NCBI GenBank assembly: GCA_038087875.1 | Contig: CM075995.1 | Span: 1,800,001-1,864,000 of the forward strand | Length of the DNA: 64,000 nt | Direction of reading: 5' to 3' | DNA from: Malacoraja senta | Taxonomy: Eukaryota | In this document: positions 62,452 to 64,000 of the stretch, in pieces | Position numbering within the stretch: the first letter of the stretch is position 1 | How the letters are laid out: each line of letters starts with the position of its first letter | Notes under the pieces: generated by a model | What the model saw: the letters and a program-made list of their open reading frames with translations, nothing else | The model's database searches: none | Told to the model about the DNA's origin: nothing | Made by a program: the position numbers and the translations under genes

Positions 62452-62652
62452 GTGTACGAAAGAACTGCAGATGCTGGTTTAAACCAAAGATAGACGCAAA
62501 ATGCTGGAGTAACTCAGCGGGTCAGGCAGCATGTCTGGAGAGAAGGAATAGGTGAAGACCTGAACAAGGGTCTCGACCCGAAAGTTCACCTATTCCTTTT
62601 CTCCAGTGGTGCCGTCTGACCCACTGAGTTACTCCAGCCTCTTTATGTCTAT
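62452..62652. mobile_element. Fold-back pLTR-derived element
   Basis: Inverted arms around the degenerate core CTGAACAAGGGTCTCGACCCGAAA. Confidence 0.78.
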
Positions 62653-62655
62653 ACT

Positions 62656-62737
62656 ATCAATAGCATCTGATTGATCAATAGCATCTGATTGCTCAATAGC
62701 ATCTGATTGATCAATAGCATCTGATTGATCAATAGCA
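62656..62737 (+). repeat. 18-bp tandem repeat (ATCAATAGCATCTGATTG), ~4.5 copies
   Basis: Direct observation. Confidence 0.92.
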
Positions 62738-62791
62738 TGCAAAGCAAAGCCTCGGTACATGTGACATAAACAAAAACAATTGTAAGCCTAA

Positions 62792-63489
62792 AGGGCCTGT
62801 CCCACTTACGTGTCCTTGGCACGCAAATTACGCGACCTCGTGGTCGCGTTGAGCCGCGGTGGTCCCGCGAAGGTCGGGCGCGATTACATGCGTACGCACA
62901 GCCGTCTGGAGCGCGTGACGTTATTTGAAGATGGACACAAAGCTGGAGTAACTCAGCCGGACCGGCAGCATCTCTGGAGAGAAGCAATGGGTGACGTTTC
63001 GGGTCGAGACTCTTCTTCAGTCTGAAAAGAAGGGTCTTGACCCGAAACGTCACCCAGTGCTTCTCTCCAGAGATGCTGCCGGTCCCGCTGAGTTACTCCA
63101 GCATTTTGTGTCTATCTTCAATTTTCTTGGCCCCGCTCTGGGAGTAGGAGTGGGGGCGGATCCGGACCCGCAAACGGCCATGAGCCCCAGGCCGAGTTCG
63201 GCGATCGTTTGCCTGCTTCTGCTGCTGTTGAAGGTGAGACGTTGCGTCGCGTCAGGGTCTTGGGCCTGTCCCACTTTGGCCGTCAGTTCCGCGACAGGCC
63301 GTTGGCGCGCGAAGATTTCGTTCGCTACAAAAAATTTCGGAGCCCCGCGCGATGTCGCGCACAACTCCATACCCCTCCGCGCTTCTCAGTGGGACCGGCC
63401 CCGCGCGGCCATACGATGCCCGTGCGCCTCGACGCGACCTCGAGGTCGCGTAATTTACGTGCCAAGGACACGTAAGTGGGACAGGCCCT
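62792..63489. mobile_element. PIF/Harbinger-like MITE carrying the same captured cassette
   Basis: ~65-bp TIR AGGGCCTGTCCCACTTACGTGTCCTTGGCACG...; cassette ~62924-63121; middle homologous to 60690-61075. Confidence 0.87.
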
Positions 63490-64000
63490 TTAATCCTGAA
63501 CCTAAAGAGACATTGGAAGATGCGTCATCGATGAGGTCGAGAGCTGTGGAAAGACTGAAGAAAGAATGTGCAGCAGACTCCAGAAGATAGACTCAGCGGG
63601 ACAGGCAGCATCTCTGGACAGAAGGAATGGGTGACGATTCGGGTCAAGACCCTTCCCTCAGACTGGCTTCCAGCTGCTGAGTTACTCCAGCATTTTGGGC
63701 CTACCTTCAGTGTGAACCAGCATCTGCAGCCCCTTCCTACACACTGCCCATGCCACAAACCCCAATGTAGAATATGTCACTTGTGAGAAGATTGATGGGG
63801 TTGCCAGGGATGTAATATGCGTGCCCCTGTGGTTTACCGAGCTACAGTCAAGTATCACACAGAGCGTTCAAATAAATATGCAGGGAACATTAAATAGAGT
63901 CTGCTTTGTTTCAGTCTTCTCAGTCGCACATTATTACATCCAGATGATCAAATATGTCAAACACAGGCATCACGCTAATTTACTCCCGCCTCATGTAAAA

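Noticed and set aside
62649..63053. ORF with LLINQM repeats
   Set aside because: Translation of an 18-bp tandem repeat joined to MITE sequence.
62991..63590. 199-aa ORF
   Set aside because: Spans the pLTR cassette, GC-rich MITE interior and TIR; no transposase or other domain motif is recognisable.
1..64000. Intact autonomous retroelement, or a prokaryotic/viral gene system
   Set aside because: All RT/endonuclease pieces are truncated or frameshifted, the longest ORF is 268 aa, and there is no operon-like gene density.

Overview
Repeat-dominated (most of the window) eukaryotic DNA, almost certainly from a cartilaginous fish. Skate/ray is inferred from the HE1-type tRNA/V-SINE and HER1/CR1-type LINE content. 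I could not recognise any host protein-coding exon, rRNA, genuine tRNA gene or CRISPR array. The ORFs I can identify are retroelement fragments (CR1/HER1, Rex1/Babar, L2, L1, Penelope GIY-YIG), and the rest appear to be chance read-throughs of repeats. The most interesting structure is a short non-autonomous family derived from Penelope pseudo-LTRs. It carries a minimal hammerhead-ribozyme core (CTGAAGA-A-GGGTCTCGACCC-GAAA-CGTC), inserts with ~10-17 bp target-site duplications and often forms fold-back hairpins whose arms share private mutations. A family of PIF/Harbinger-like MITEs (AGGGCCTGTCCCACTT ends, TWA TSD) is also present. Two MITE copies have captured a hammerhead fold-back cassette, one holds a 41-bp dimeric minisatellite and one forms an ~870-bp fold-back. 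Other observations: four L1 3' insertions with intact TSDs, a four-layer nested insertion, a patchwork insertion shared by two SINEs, a 304-bp perfect duplication, and several repeat-free islands that may be conserved non-coding elements. Repeat boundaries were read by eye and are approximate unless TSD/TIR coordinates are quoted.
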